NCBI GenBank assembly: GCA_036946185.1
Contig: JAQIJP010000018.1
Coordinates: forward strand, 6,349-70,348
Source: Aeromicrobium erythreum
GTDB taxonomy: Bacteria; Actinomycetota; Actinomycetes; Propionibacteriales; Nocardioidaceae
Reading direction: 5' to 3'
Length of the DNA stretch: 64,000 nt
Shown here: piece by piece, positions 1 through 8,870 of the stretch
Layout of the letters: each line of letters starts with the position of its first letter
How positions within the stretch are numbered: position 1 is the first letter of the stretch
Program-made: the position numbers and the translations under genes
Notes under the pieces: model-generated
The model's database searches: none
Told to the model about the DNA's origin: nothing
The model's input: the letters and a program-made list of their open reading frames with translations, nothing else

Positions 1-450
1 GACCCGCTGCTCGACCCCGTGTGGGACGTGCTGGACGAGGCGCAGGTCCCGACCGTGCTGCACGCCGGATCCAGCCCGACGCCGACCGCGACCACGGGCC
101 CCGGCTCCGTCGAGGCGGTCCTGCGCCGGCGCCCCCGCCTGCCGCTCGTCATCGCCCACCTGGGCATGCCGGAGACCGAGGCGTTCTGCGACCTCGCCCG
201 GCGCTACCCCAACGTCCACCTCGACACGACGATGGCGTTCGTCGACTTCTGGGACGAGCCGCCGGTCACGACGCTCCCGGCGTACCTGCGCGGCCTGGAC
301 GAGCGACTGCTGTTCGGCAGCGACTTCCCGAACATCCCGTACCCGTGGGAGCACCAGGTCGAGGTCCTCGAGCGGATGGAGCCGGGGGAGGACTGGCTGC
401 GAGCCGTCCTGTGGGACAACGGCGCTCGGCTGCTGGGGCTCGCGTCGTGA
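1..450 (+). CDS. Amidohydrolase family protein (Amidohydro_2), 5' part outside window
   Basis: Motifs VLHAGS, IAHLG, HLDT, LFGSDFP; the frame is open from base 1. Confidence 0.85.
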   Translation, partial: DPLLDPVWDVLDEAQVPTVLHAGSSPTPTATTGPGSVEAVLRRRPRLPLVIAHLGMPETEAFCDLARRYPNVHLDTTMAFVDFWDEPPVTTLPAYLRGLDERLLFGSDFPNIPYPWEHQVEVLERMEPGEDWLRAVLWDNGARLLGLAS

Positions 451-1814
451 GGCTCTCCAGCCCGGAGGGGCGCTGGCTCGTCGCCGCGATGGTGCTCGCG
501 TCCGGCATGGCCTTCCTCGACGGGTCGATCGTGAGCCTGGCCCTCCCGACGATCGACCGTGACCTGGGTGCGGGGGTCGCGGGCCTGCAGTGGACGGTCA
601 ACGGCTACACGCTCGCGCTCGCGGCGCTCGTCCTGGTCGCGGGGTCCCTCGGCGACCGGTGGGGACGGCGGCGGGTCTTCGTCGTCGGGGTCGTGTGGTT
701 CGGCGTGGCGTCGCTCCTGTGCGCGGTCGCGCCCTCGATCGAGCTGCTGGTCGCGGCCCGAGTGCTGCAGGGCGTCGGCGGCGCGCTGCTCACCCCGGGC
801 AGCCTCGCGATCATCTCCGCCTCGATCGACCCGCAGGACCGAGGCCGGGCGATCGGCATCTGGTCCGGGCTGTCGGGCGTGACCACGGCGGTCGGTCCGC
901 TCGCGGGCGGCTGGCTCGTCGGGGTCGCCGGCTGGCGATCGGTGTTCTGGCTCAACGTGCCCCTCGTCCTGGCGATCGTGTGGATCGCCCTGCGGCACGT
1001 GCCCGAGTCCCGCGGCGAGCAGGCCCGCCCCGACGTCGTGGGCGGGGTCCTCACCGTCGCGACCCTCGTGCTGCTCACCTACGGCCTGGTCGACGAGGCC
1101 TGGCGGGCCGTCGCGGCGGGCGTCGTGGTGCTGGCGGCGATGGTCGTCCACCAGCGGGCCGCGCGGCACCCGCTCGTGCCGATGGACCTGTTCGCCGACC
1201 GGGTGTTCTCCGCGGCGAACCTGTCGACGTTCGCGATCTACGCCGCGCTCAGCGGGTCGATGTTCCTGCTCGTGCTCCAGCTGCAGTACGTCGCCGGATA
1301 CAGCCCGCTGGAGGCCGGCCTCGCGACGCTGCCCGCGACCGTCCTGATGCTGCTGTTCTCCGGTCGGGCGGGCGCGTGGGGCGACCGGGTCGGACCGCGG
1401 CTGCCGCTGACCCTCGGCCCGCTCGTCGCGGCCGGTGGCCTCGTGCTGTACCTGAGGATCGGTCCGGACGCGTCGCCGTGGACCGACGTGCTGCCGGGCG
1501 CGTTCGTTTTCGGGATCGGCCTGACCATGCTCGTGGCGCCGCTGACGAGTGCCGTGCTGGCCGCCGTGCCGGACCGGGAGGCGGGGATCGCGTCCGGCGT
1601 CAACAACGCCGTCGCCCGGACCGCCGGCCTGCTGGCGGTCGCGGCGATCCCGCCGCTCGCGGGCATCTCGGGGTCGGACTTCGCCTCGCCCAACGTGTTC
1701 GGACCAGGCTTCCGGGCCGGCACCTGGATGTGCGTCGGGCTGCTCGTCGTGGCCGCGGCGACCGCTGCGGTCCTGCTGCGCCCGGCGGATGACGATCGCG
1801 CGACGGCTCGGTGA
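447..1814 (+). CDS. MFS transporter, DHA2/EmrB-QacA-like
   Basis: GTG overlaps the upstream stop; motif A GSLGDRWGRRR, LDGSIVSLALP, many hydrophobic segments. Confidence 0.9.
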   Translation: MRLSSPEGRWLVAAMVLASGMAFLDGSIVSLALPTIDRDLGAGVAGLQWTVNGYTLALAALVLVAGSLGDRWGRRRVFVVGVVWFGVASLLCAVAPSIELLVAARVLQGVGGALLTPGSLAIISASIDPQDRGRAIGIWSGLSGVTTAVGPLAGGWLVGVAGWRSVFWLNVPLVLAIVWIALRHVPESRGEQARPDVVGGVLTVATLVLLTYGLVDEAWRAVAAGVVVLAAMVVHQRAARHPLVPMDLFADRVFSAANLSTFAIYAALSGSMFLLVLQLQYVAGYSPLEAGLATLPATVLMLLFSGRAGAWGDRVGPRLPLTLGPLVAAGGLVLYLRIGPDASPWTDVLPGAFVFGIGLTMLVAPLTSAVLAAVPDREAGIASGVNNAVARTAGLLAVAAIPPLAGISGSDFASPNVFGPGFRAGTWMCVGLLVVAAATAAVLLRPADDDRATAR

Positions 1815-1867
1815 AGCACCGGTCGTGACTCTTGCGGTGCGGGCGCCCGGACCGCGAGGGTGGCCGG

Positions 1868-2644
1868 ATGAAGCATCTCGGGGGAGCCAGGGCCGTCGCC
1901 CTGGCCGTCATCGTCGTCCTGTCCGCCCTCGTCGCGCCACCGGCCTCGGCCGATGCCGTCGACGACTACTACGCGTCCGCCTCGGGCAAGAGCGGGGAGC
2001 AGCTGCGCGACGCGCTGCACGCGATCATCTCGAAGCAGTCGACCGTCAGCTACGACGGCGTGTGGAACGCGCTCAAGAACACCGACCAGGACCCGTCGAA
2101 CAGCAGCAACGTGATCCTGCTCTACTCGCAGAAGTCCCGGTCGAAGTCGCTCAACGGCGGATCGACGGGCGACTGGAACCGTGAGCACGTGTGGGCCAAG
2201 AGCCACGGCGACTTCGGCACCGCGACGGGCCCGGGCACCGACCTGCACCACCTGCGGCCCGAGGACGTGCAGGTCAACTCGATCCGCGGCAACAAGGACT
2301 TCGACGACGGCGGCAGCGCCGTGAGCGGCTGCTCGCAGTGCGCGACCGACAGCGACTCCTTCGAGCCGCCGGACGCCGTCAAGGGCGACGTCGCGCGGAT
2401 GATCCTCTACATGGCCGTGCGCTACGAGGGCGGCGACGGGTTCGCGGACCTGGAGCCGAACGAGTCGACCAGCAACGGCAGCGCGCCGTACATCGGCCGG
2501 CTGTCGGTGCTGCTCGCGTGGAACGCGCAGGACCCGCCCTCGACCTTCGAGAAGCGCCGCAACCAGGTCATCTACGACACCTACCAGCACAACCGGAACC
2601 CGTTCATCGACCACCCGGAGTGGGCCGAGTCCATCTTCGGCTGA
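1868..2644 (+). CDS. Secreted endonuclease I / Bsn-like nuclease
   Basis: Signal peptide; WNREHVWAKSHG, DLHHLRP, KGDVARMILYMAVRY, RNPFIDHPEW. Confidence 0.9.
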   Translation: MKHLGGARAVALAVIVVLSALVAPPASADAVDDYYASASGKSGEQLRDALHAIISKQSTVSYDGVWNALKNTDQDPSNSSNVILLYSQKSRSKSLNGGSTGDWNREHVWAKSHGDFGTATGPGTDLHHLRPEDVQVNSIRGNKDFDDGGSAVSGCSQCATDSDSFEPPDAVKGDVARMILYMAVRYEGGDGFADLEPNESTSNGSAPYIGRLSVLLAWNAQDPPSTFEKRRNQVIYDTYQHNRNPFIDHPEWAESIFG

Positions 2645-2655
2645 CGGTCCCCGTC

Positions 2656-2748
2656 GAGCGGTGGATCCTCAACCGAAAGTCACGATCCCGGGGTGGGCGG
2701 TGGATCCTCAACCGTCCCAGCGCTGAGACGGTTGAAGATCCACCGCTC
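2656..2748. repeat. Intergenic palindromic (REP-like) element with an extra arm
   Basis: GCGGTGGATCCTCAACCG occurs twice in direct orientation and is followed by its near-perfect inverse CGGTTGAAGATCCACCGC. Confidence 0.75.
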
Positions 2749-2831
2749 CCGGGGGTCTTGACCCGGAAGGGACGAGGGAATGCCTGATGTCCGCGCACGG
2801 TTGTAGACTGATGTTGATTGACAATTCCAGA

Positions 2832-3199
2832 GGGGCTGATCGGTTTCGACTGTGGTCGTTCGGATCAGGAGAAGCGGGTAGAGGAGGCAACGTCATCTCT
2901 CGAACGATCGTTGCAAACCCATAAGTGCCGATTCCAAGCGCACTGACTTCGCCCTCGCTGCCTGACAGCGACTGGTGAAGGGCAGACCCGGGAGCGTCCC
3001 CGTCCCGGATCGTCTGTCTCATCTAGGGGACTTGCTGATCACGTCGCGCCGTAGGGCGTGATCGGGACTTTTCTGCGGCTGAGCCTGTCGGTGACGCGTT
3101 CGTCCGAGCACCGGGGCCGAGAAAAGCGCCAGACGAACTGCACCCGGAGAAGTCCTGACCCAGCGCCAGAGGACCGGGGTTCGATTCCCCGCAGCTCCA
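2832..3199 (+). ncRNA. ssrA: tmRNA; tag reading frame ADSKRTDFALAA* at 2927-2965
   Basis: 5' GGGGCTGATCGGTTTCGAC; 3' T-arm GGGTTCGATTCCC plus CAGCTCCA; tag ends in ALAA. Confidence 0.97.
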
Positions 3200-3266
3200 C
3201 GGCATGACAAGGGCCCTCGTGGTTCGCGCTCTGCGCGCGGCCGGCGAGGGCCCTTGTCATGCCGTG
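3198..3266 (+). terminator. Long hairpin directly after ssrA
   Basis: CACGGCATGACAAGGGCCCTCG ... CGAGGGCCCTTGTCATGCCGTG. Confidence 0.75.
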
Positions 3267-3390
3267 AAACAGGCGAGTGAATCGAGTCGGGCCCCCCAGC
3301 GCCGCGAAGCGGCCGCCGAGGGATCCCCGCAGCTCCCAGTCGTCGCCGCGAAGCGGCCGTCACGGACCGAGCCGTGACGACCTCAGCGGC

Positions 3391-4246
3391 TCAGAGCCCG
3401 ACGGCCTCCGCAAGGGTCTGCGGAGCGCGACCGGTCAGGTCCTCGACGACGCTGGTGACGTCCTCGAGCCAGCCCTCACGGGTCGAGGTGCCGAACGAGG
3501 CGAGGAGCTGCGCGACGGGGGTGGGCAGGCCGGCCTGCTCCAGGCCCGCGACGTAGGCCGCGTCGTCGACCTGCACGACGGCGACGTCCGACCCGCTGAT
3601 GCGGCCGGCCAGGGCTGCGAGGTCGTCGGCGCCCACCGCCTCGGGGCCGGTCACGTCGTACGCCTGCCCGTCGTGACCGTCGGTCGCGAGCACGGCCGCG
3701 GCGACGGCGGCGCAGTCCGCGCGGGAGACGTAGGCGGTGCGACCGTCGCCGATGTTGGTCACGAACGAGCCGCTCGCGGCAGCCTGGTCCAGGCTCGGCC
3801 GCTGCATGTCGGCGTAGAGGTTGTTGCGCAGGAAGGTCCAGGCCAGGCCGCTCTCGCGGATCGCGGCCTCGGTGGCGGCGTGGTCGGCCACGACGCCGGC
3901 GGGGTTGTCGTCCTCGGGCCCGGGGACGGAGGTGTAGACGACACGGCGCACACCGGCGTCACGGGCTGCGGCGACGGCGGCGCGCTGCGGCTCGAGCCGC
4001 GAGCCGACGGCGTCGGTCGAGATGATGAGCAGCTCGTCGACGCCCGCGAAGGCCGACGGCAGGGTCGTCGGGTCGGTGAAGTCGCCGCGGCGCAGGTTCT
4101 CGGCCGGGACGCCGGGCGCGAGGTCCGCGAGGCCGGACGGGTCGCGGCTGATGAGCACGAGGTCGGCGGGGGTCGACGCGCTGCAGCAGCTCGGCGACGA
4201 CGAGGCGGCCGAGCTGGCCGGAGGCTCCGGTGAGGGCGATGGTCAT
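3391..4246 (-). pseudogene. NmrA/QorB-like NAD(P)H-binding oxidoreductase with a +1 frameshift at about 4168-4172 (possibly a sequencing error)
   Basis: MTIALTGASGQLG is in one frame and LISRDP...GDFTDP...FLRNNLY in another; removing one base from the G5 run joins them as VDPADLVLISRD. Confidence 0.8.
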
Positions 4247-4258
4247 GAGTTCTCTCCA

Positions 4259-4292
4259 AACTGTCGTCACGATGGTGGCAGTTAGAAACTGT
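4259..4292. promoter_or_regulatory. Putative Rrf2 operator
   Basis: Imperfect inverted repeat AACTGT...GCAGTT plus a second AAACTGT, between the divergent oxidoreductase and Rrf2 genes. Confidence 0.4.
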
Positions 4293-4326
4293 AGCCGATG
4301 TGATGGCGATATGCGATGATGGGGTC

Positions 4327-4749
4327 ATGGCCACCCCGACGAACACCCAGTTCTCCGTGGCCGCTCATGTCATGACCTACCTCGCGGCGGCCGACGGGCG
4401 GGCGGTCGGCGCCACCGAGCTCGCCGCCAGCGCGAACGTCAACCCCGTGCACGTGCGCAAGGTGCTGGGCCCCCTGCGCGACGCCGGTCTGCTCGCCTCG
4501 ACCGCCGGCCGCTCCGGCGGCTGGCGCCTCGCGTGCGACCCGCGGACGACGACGCTCGCCGACGTCTGGGCCGTCGTGCAGGGCGACGACCCCGTCCTCG
4601 GTCTGCACGGCCCGAGCCCCGACTGCCCGGTGGGTCGTCAGGTCGCGGCCGACCTCGGAGCCGTCGAGCGACGCGTCGCGGCCGCCGTGCGCGACGAGCT
4701 GGCTCGGACCACCGTGGCCGACCTCGGCAGCGCCGTCCCGGTCGGCTGA
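4327..4749 (+). CDS. Rrf2 family transcriptional regulator
   Basis: NTQFSVAAH, ELAASANVNPVHVRK, GRSGGWRLA, CPVG. Confidence 0.9.
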   Translation: MATPTNTQFSVAAHVMTYLAAADGRAVGATELAASANVNPVHVRKVLGPLRDAGLLASTAGRSGGWRLACDPRTTTLADVWAVVQGDDPVLGLHGPSPDCPVGRQVAADLGAVERRVAAAVRDELARTTVADLGSAVPVG

Positions 4750-4837
4750 GTCGGACCGGGACCAATTCGTCGGTTCCGCCCCGGGGTGGCTCGATCTGGT
4801 GCACCCTGAGGTCGTCGTCCCCGAGTTCAGGAGCCCC

Positions 4838-5887
4838 ATGTCCGACGCCCCCGCGCCGCTCGACGGTCCGCCACCCGGTCGCCGTCGCCGTCGCCGGCTC
4901 CTGCTCGTGATCGCCCTCGCGGTCGTGCTGGTGCTCGGCGGTGCCGTCGCCGGGTCGGTGGTGGCGGCGCGGGCCGGACAGGAGCGGCTGGAGTCCTACC
5001 GCTCGCAGTGGTCGATCTGGGAGAGCTCGACCCGCAACCGGGTGTTCTACGAGTCGACGATCGTGCCGGAGACGCTCTACGACGCGAAGGACCCGACGAC
5101 CAAGGCCGCGCGGACCGACCAGAAGATCGCGTGCGACGGCATCGCGACGTCGATCGAGAACCTGGACGACGCGATGGAGCAACGACCGGCCCTGCCCGAC
5201 GACCTGCTCGCGACCGTCCACCCGGGACTACGGTCGCAGGCGGCGAAGGCCGACCGCCGCAACCGCGACTCCGACGCCGCGGCGCGCACGGTGCGCCGAG
5301 CGCTCGCCCAGGTCCGGACGGACTGCGCCTGGTCCGTCCGGATCAACGCCGACAGCCGCTTGCGTCGCGGCGTCGAGTCCGTCACCGCCTCGCAGAAGCT
5401 GTACGTCAAGCGCGGCGCGACCGGCTTCGGGCTCGTCTGCGAGGCCAAGCGTTGCCTGCCGCTCGACCCGGCGAAGCGGCGCGAGTCGCTCGAGCTCGGG
5501 GCCCGGGGGCAGGCCCTGCTGAGCGCCTGGACCCGCTCGGCGTTCTCCGGGGACTGCGCGAGGACCTCGTACGGTCCGTTGTGCAGCGCGATCCGCTCCG
5601 AGGCCATCGGCCTCGAGAAGCCCACGAAGGCCTGCCTCGACGGTCTGAAGGAGCCGGGCGAGCCGTCCCAGCGGACCATCGGCCGGTGCAGCGACCTCGT
5701 GCTCGCGGCGCTCGACGCGCAGGCTCGCATCAGCGAGCTGGGTCAGGAGCGCTGGCCGGAGATCAAGGGCGAGAAGGCCGTCGCCGAGCTGGTCGACCAG
5801 CCCGACGTGCTGCTGCACTTCCTCGCGGTGACCCGCCTGGAGAAGGCCTACGAGGAGGTCGGGCCGAAGCCCGTCGACGAGGTGTGA
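4838..5887 (+). CDS. Hypothetical membrane-anchored protein with 8 Cys in the predicted external part
   Basis: Arg run followed by a hydrophobic segment; GC3-biased ORF. Confidence 0.7.
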   Translation: MSDAPAPLDGPPPGRRRRRRLLLVIALAVVLVLGGAVAGSVVAARAGQERLESYRSQWSIWESSTRNRVFYESTIVPETLYDAKDPTTKAARTDQKIACDGIATSIENLDDAMEQRPALPDDLLATVHPGLRSQAAKADRRNRDSDAAARTVRRALAQVRTDCAWSVRINADSRLRRGVESVTASQKLYVKRGATGFGLVCEAKRCLPLDPAKRRESLELGARGQALLSAWTRSAFSGDCARTSYGPLCSAIRSEAIGLEKPTKACLDGLKEPGEPSQRTIGRCSDLVLAALDAQARISELGQERWPEIKGEKAVAELVDQPDVLLHFLAVTRLEKAYEEVGPKPVDEV

Positions 5888-5890
5888 GGC

Positions 5891-6511
5891 TCAGGCCCAG
5901 AGGTTCGAGCCGAACTGGAACCAGATCGCGGCGGCGACGACGACGTACCAGAGCAGGACGACGAGCAGGGTCCAGTTGCTCAGGAACCGGCTGACCGCCG
6001 ACTGCGGGGCGTAGGCGCGCAGGTTGCGGGCGGTGATCAGGACGAACAGCGGGATCATGATCACCCACACGACCATGCACCACGGGCAGAGCTTCCCGAT
6101 CACGAAGATCGACTGGTACTGCAGCCAGGTGATCAGACCGATGCCGAACAGTGCGCCGGCCTGCAGGCCGAGCCAGACCCAGCGGGGGAACCGGACGCCG
6201 GCGGCGAGCAGGACGCCGAGCGTGACGACGATCGAGAAGCCGACGACGCCCATGATCGGGTTCGGGAAGCCGAAGACCGAGGCCTGCTCGGTGTTGATGA
6301 CGCCGCCGCAGCTGACGAAGGCGTTGAGGTCGCAGCTCAGGCCCGTCGGCTTGCCGTCCGCCTGGTTCTGGAGGAAGTTCACCTTCTCGACGAGCAGCGT
6401 GGCCGCGGCGAACAGCGAGATCGCACCGCCGACGATCATGAGCCATCGGGGGTCGCGGGTCTCGACCTCCTCGGAGGAGGCGGCGGCGTCGAGGGTGTCG
6501 GTCTCGGTCAC
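5891..6511 (-). CDS. Vitamin K epoxide reductase family protein
   Basis: SCDLNAFVSCGGV, FGFPNP, LCPWC. Confidence 0.92.
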   Translation of the reverse strand: MTETDTLDAAASSEEVETRDPRWLMIVGGAISLFAAATLLVEKVNFLQNQADGKPTGLSCDLNAFVSCGGVINTEQASVFGFPNPIMGVVGFSIVVTLGVLLAAGVRFPRWVWLGLQAGALFGIGLITWLQYQSIFVIGKLCPWCMVVWVIMIPLFVLITARNLRAYAPQSAVSRFLSNWTLLVVLLWYVVVAAAIWFQFGSNLWA

Positions 6512-6588
6512 GTCCCGATCGTAGACGACGCGGCCGAACGTGATCCGGGCCGCGATCTTGACCGCGGCGGGCTTCCGTGCGGTACATT

Positions 6589-6609
6589 TCAGATACCGAC
6601 GGTATCTGA
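6589..6609. promoter_or_regulatory. Perfect inverted repeat, probable repressor operator of the monooxygenase
   Basis: TCAGATACC-GAC-GGTATCTGA immediately before the RBS GAGGAGG. Confidence 0.6.
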
Positions 6610-6617
6610 GGAGGATC

Positions 6618-8072
6618 ATGACCGACCACGTGGACGTCATCATCATCGGCGCCGGGCTCTCCGGCATCGGGGCGGCCTACCGCCTCAGCACGATGTCCCC
6701 CGATCGCAGCTACGCGATCCTCGAGGCCCGCGAGCGCGTCGGCGGCACGTGGGACCTGTTCCGGTACCCCGGCATCCGCTCGGACTCCGACATGTACACG
6801 CTGAGCTACCCGTTCCGGCCCTGGACCCAGCGCAAGTCCATCGCGGACGGCGCCGACATCCGTCAGTACATCGCCGACGCGGCCGACGAGTTCGGCATCG
6901 CCGACAAGATCCGCTTCGGGCACCGCGTGGCCGCGGCCAGCTGGTCGAGCGAGGACGCCCGCTGGACCGTGACCGCCGAGGTCGACGGCCGGACCGTCAC
7001 CCAGACCGGCAGCTTCCTGTTCTTCTGCAGCGGCTACTACGACTACGACGAGGGCTACACGCCCGACTTCCCGGGCCTCGAGGACTTCCAGGGCGAGGTC
7101 GTGCACCCGCAGTTCTGGCCCGAGGACCTCGACTACGCGGGCAAGAAGGTCGTCGTCATCGGCTCGGGCGCCACGGCGATCACCCTGATCCCGTCGATGG
7201 CCGACGACGCCGAGCACATCACGATGCTCCAGCGCTCGCCCACGTACATCACGTCCCTCCCGCAGGAGGACAAGATCGCCGCCGGTCTGCGCAAGGTGCT
7301 CCCGGCCGAGGCGGCGCACCGCGCGACGCAGGTCAAGAACGCGACGGTGGCCGTCGGCTTCTACGAGTTCTGCCGACGCTTCCCGAAGGTGGCCCGCAAG
7401 ATCCTGCTCACGCGCGCCGAGAAGGCCGTGCCGGAGGACTTCGACCGGACGCACCTGACGCCGCACTACAACCCGTGGGACCAGCGCCTGTGCGTCGTGC
7501 CCAACGGCGACCTGTGGCGAGCGATCCGCCGCGGTCGCGCGTCGATCGTCACCGACCGGATCGAGCGCTTCGACGCCACCGGGATCCGGCTGCAGTCCGG
7601 CGAGCACCTCGACGCCGACGTCGTCGTCACGGCGACCGGTCTCAAGGTCGTGGCGCTCGGCAAGGTCGCGATCGACGTCGACGGCGAGAAGGTCGACCCG
7701 AACGACCGCTTCGTCTACAAGGGCCTGATGCTCAGCGGCGTGCCGAACCTGGCCTGGTGCATCGGCTACACGAACGCGTCGTGGACGCTGCGCGCCGACC
7801 TGACCTGGCGCTACGTCCCGCGCTTCCTCAACCACCTGCGCGAGAAGGGCTACGCCTGGGGCATGCCCGACCCGGCCGGGGCGGCCGGTGACTCGGCACC
7901 CGCCCTGGACCTGCAGTCCGGCTACGTGCAGCGCGCGAAGGACGTGCTGCCGCAGCAGGGCCGCAGCGCGCCGTGGACGGTGCGGCAGAACTGGTTCCTC
8001 GACTCGTGGGACAACGCCCGCACCGACCTCGACGAGGCCATGGTGTGGGAGCGGGAGCGCGCCCGCGTCTGA
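6618..8072 (+). CDS. Flavin-containing (Baeyer-Villiger, EthA-like) monooxygenase
   Basis: GAGLSG, GGTWDLFRYPGIRSDS, FQGEVVHPQFWP, IGSGATA. Confidence 0.92.
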   Translation: MTDHVDVIIIGAGLSGIGAAYRLSTMSPDRSYAILEARERVGGTWDLFRYPGIRSDSDMYTLSYPFRPWTQRKSIADGADIRQYIADAADEFGIADKIRFGHRVAAASWSSEDARWTVTAEVDGRTVTQTGSFLFFCSGYYDYDEGYTPDFPGLEDFQGEVVHPQFWPEDLDYAGKKVVVIGSGATAITLIPSMADDAEHITMLQRSPTYITSLPQEDKIAAGLRKVLPAEAAHRATQVKNATVAVGFYEFCRRFPKVARKILLTRAEKAVPEDFDRTHLTPHYNPWDQRLCVVPNGDLWRAIRRGRASIVTDRIERFDATGIRLQSGEHLDADVVVTATGLKVVALGKVAIDVDGEKVDPNDRFVYKGLMLSGVPNLAWCIGYTNASWTLRADLTWRYVPRFLNHLREKGYAWGMPDPAGAAGDSAPALDLQSGYVQRAKDVLPQQGRSAPWTVRQNWFLDSWDNARTDLDEAMVWERERARV

Positions 8073-8087
8073 CCTCGCGGAACGGGG

Positions 8088-8870
8088 TCAGGCCGGCTGG
8101 CAGTGCGGGCACCAGAACGTCTGACGCTCGGTCGTCGGCCGGTCGCCGAGGTCGCCCCGGCGGATCGGCGTGCCGCAGCGACGGCAGCGTCGGCGCTCGC
8201 GGGAGTAGACCCAGCGGTCCTCGCCCTGCCGGGTGCTGCCGGTGAACGAGCGCTCCACACGGGCCTTGTTGAGGTCGAGCAGCTGCTGCCCGCGCTGCAC
8301 GACACGGCGTACGTCGGGCACGGTGCCGACGGGACGCGTCGGGGCGAGCCCCATGAGGAACAGCAGCTCGTTGACGTACTCGTTGCCGAGGCCGGCGAGG
8401 TTGCGCTGGTCGAGCAGCGCCAGGAACACCGGCCGGTCGGGGTCGGCGGCCACCCGGGCGGTGGCCTCGTCGAGGTCCCAGTCCGGCCCGAGCAGGTCGG
8501 GGCCGAGGTGCCCGACGACGGTGTCCTCGCGGTCGCGGTCGACGACGTCGACGACGCCCAGCGAGAAGCCGACGGCCTGGTGCGTGGCGGTCTCCAGCAC
8601 GACGCGGGCGGTGTGGGCCGGACGGCGCCACCGGGTGCCCTGCCGGTAGACGTGCCAGGCGCCCTCCATCTTGAGGTGGGTGTGCAGCGTCGTGGAGCCG
8701 ATCCGCGTGAGCAGGTGCTTGCCGCGGCTGACGGTCTCGTCGACGACCTGGCCGGTCAGGTCGACCGTGGCGTGCTGCGGCACCCGGACGTCGCAGCGGG
8801 TGAGCTCGTGGCCGGACAACGCCTCGTGCAGGTGGTGCGCCGTCCGCCAGACGGTGTCGCCCTCAGGCAC
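8088..8870 (-). CDS. nei2: Fpg/Nei family DNA glycosylase (Nei2)
   Basis: N-terminal PEGDT, HLKMEG, H2TH LLDQRNLAGLGN, C-terminal Zn finger CRRC...CPHCQ; directly downstream of lhr. Confidence 0.92.
   Translation of the reverse strand: MPEGDTVWRTAHHLHEALSGHELTRCDVRVPQHATVDLTGQVVDETVSRGKHLLTRIGSTTLHTHLKMEGAWHVYRQGTRWRRPAHTARVVLETATHQAVGFSLGVVDVVDRDREDTVVGHLGPDLLGPDWDLDEATARVAADPDRPVFLALLDQRNLAGLGNEYVNELLFLMGLAPTRPVGTVPDVRRVVQRGQQLLDLNKARVERSFTGSTRQGEDRWVYSRERRRCRRCGTPIRRGDLGDRPTTERQTFWCPHCQPA

Noticed and set aside
3192-3203. tmRNA lacks an encoded CCA and smpB is not adjacent
   Set aside because: CCA is commonly added post-transcriptionally in actinobacteria, and smpB probably lies upstream of the window.
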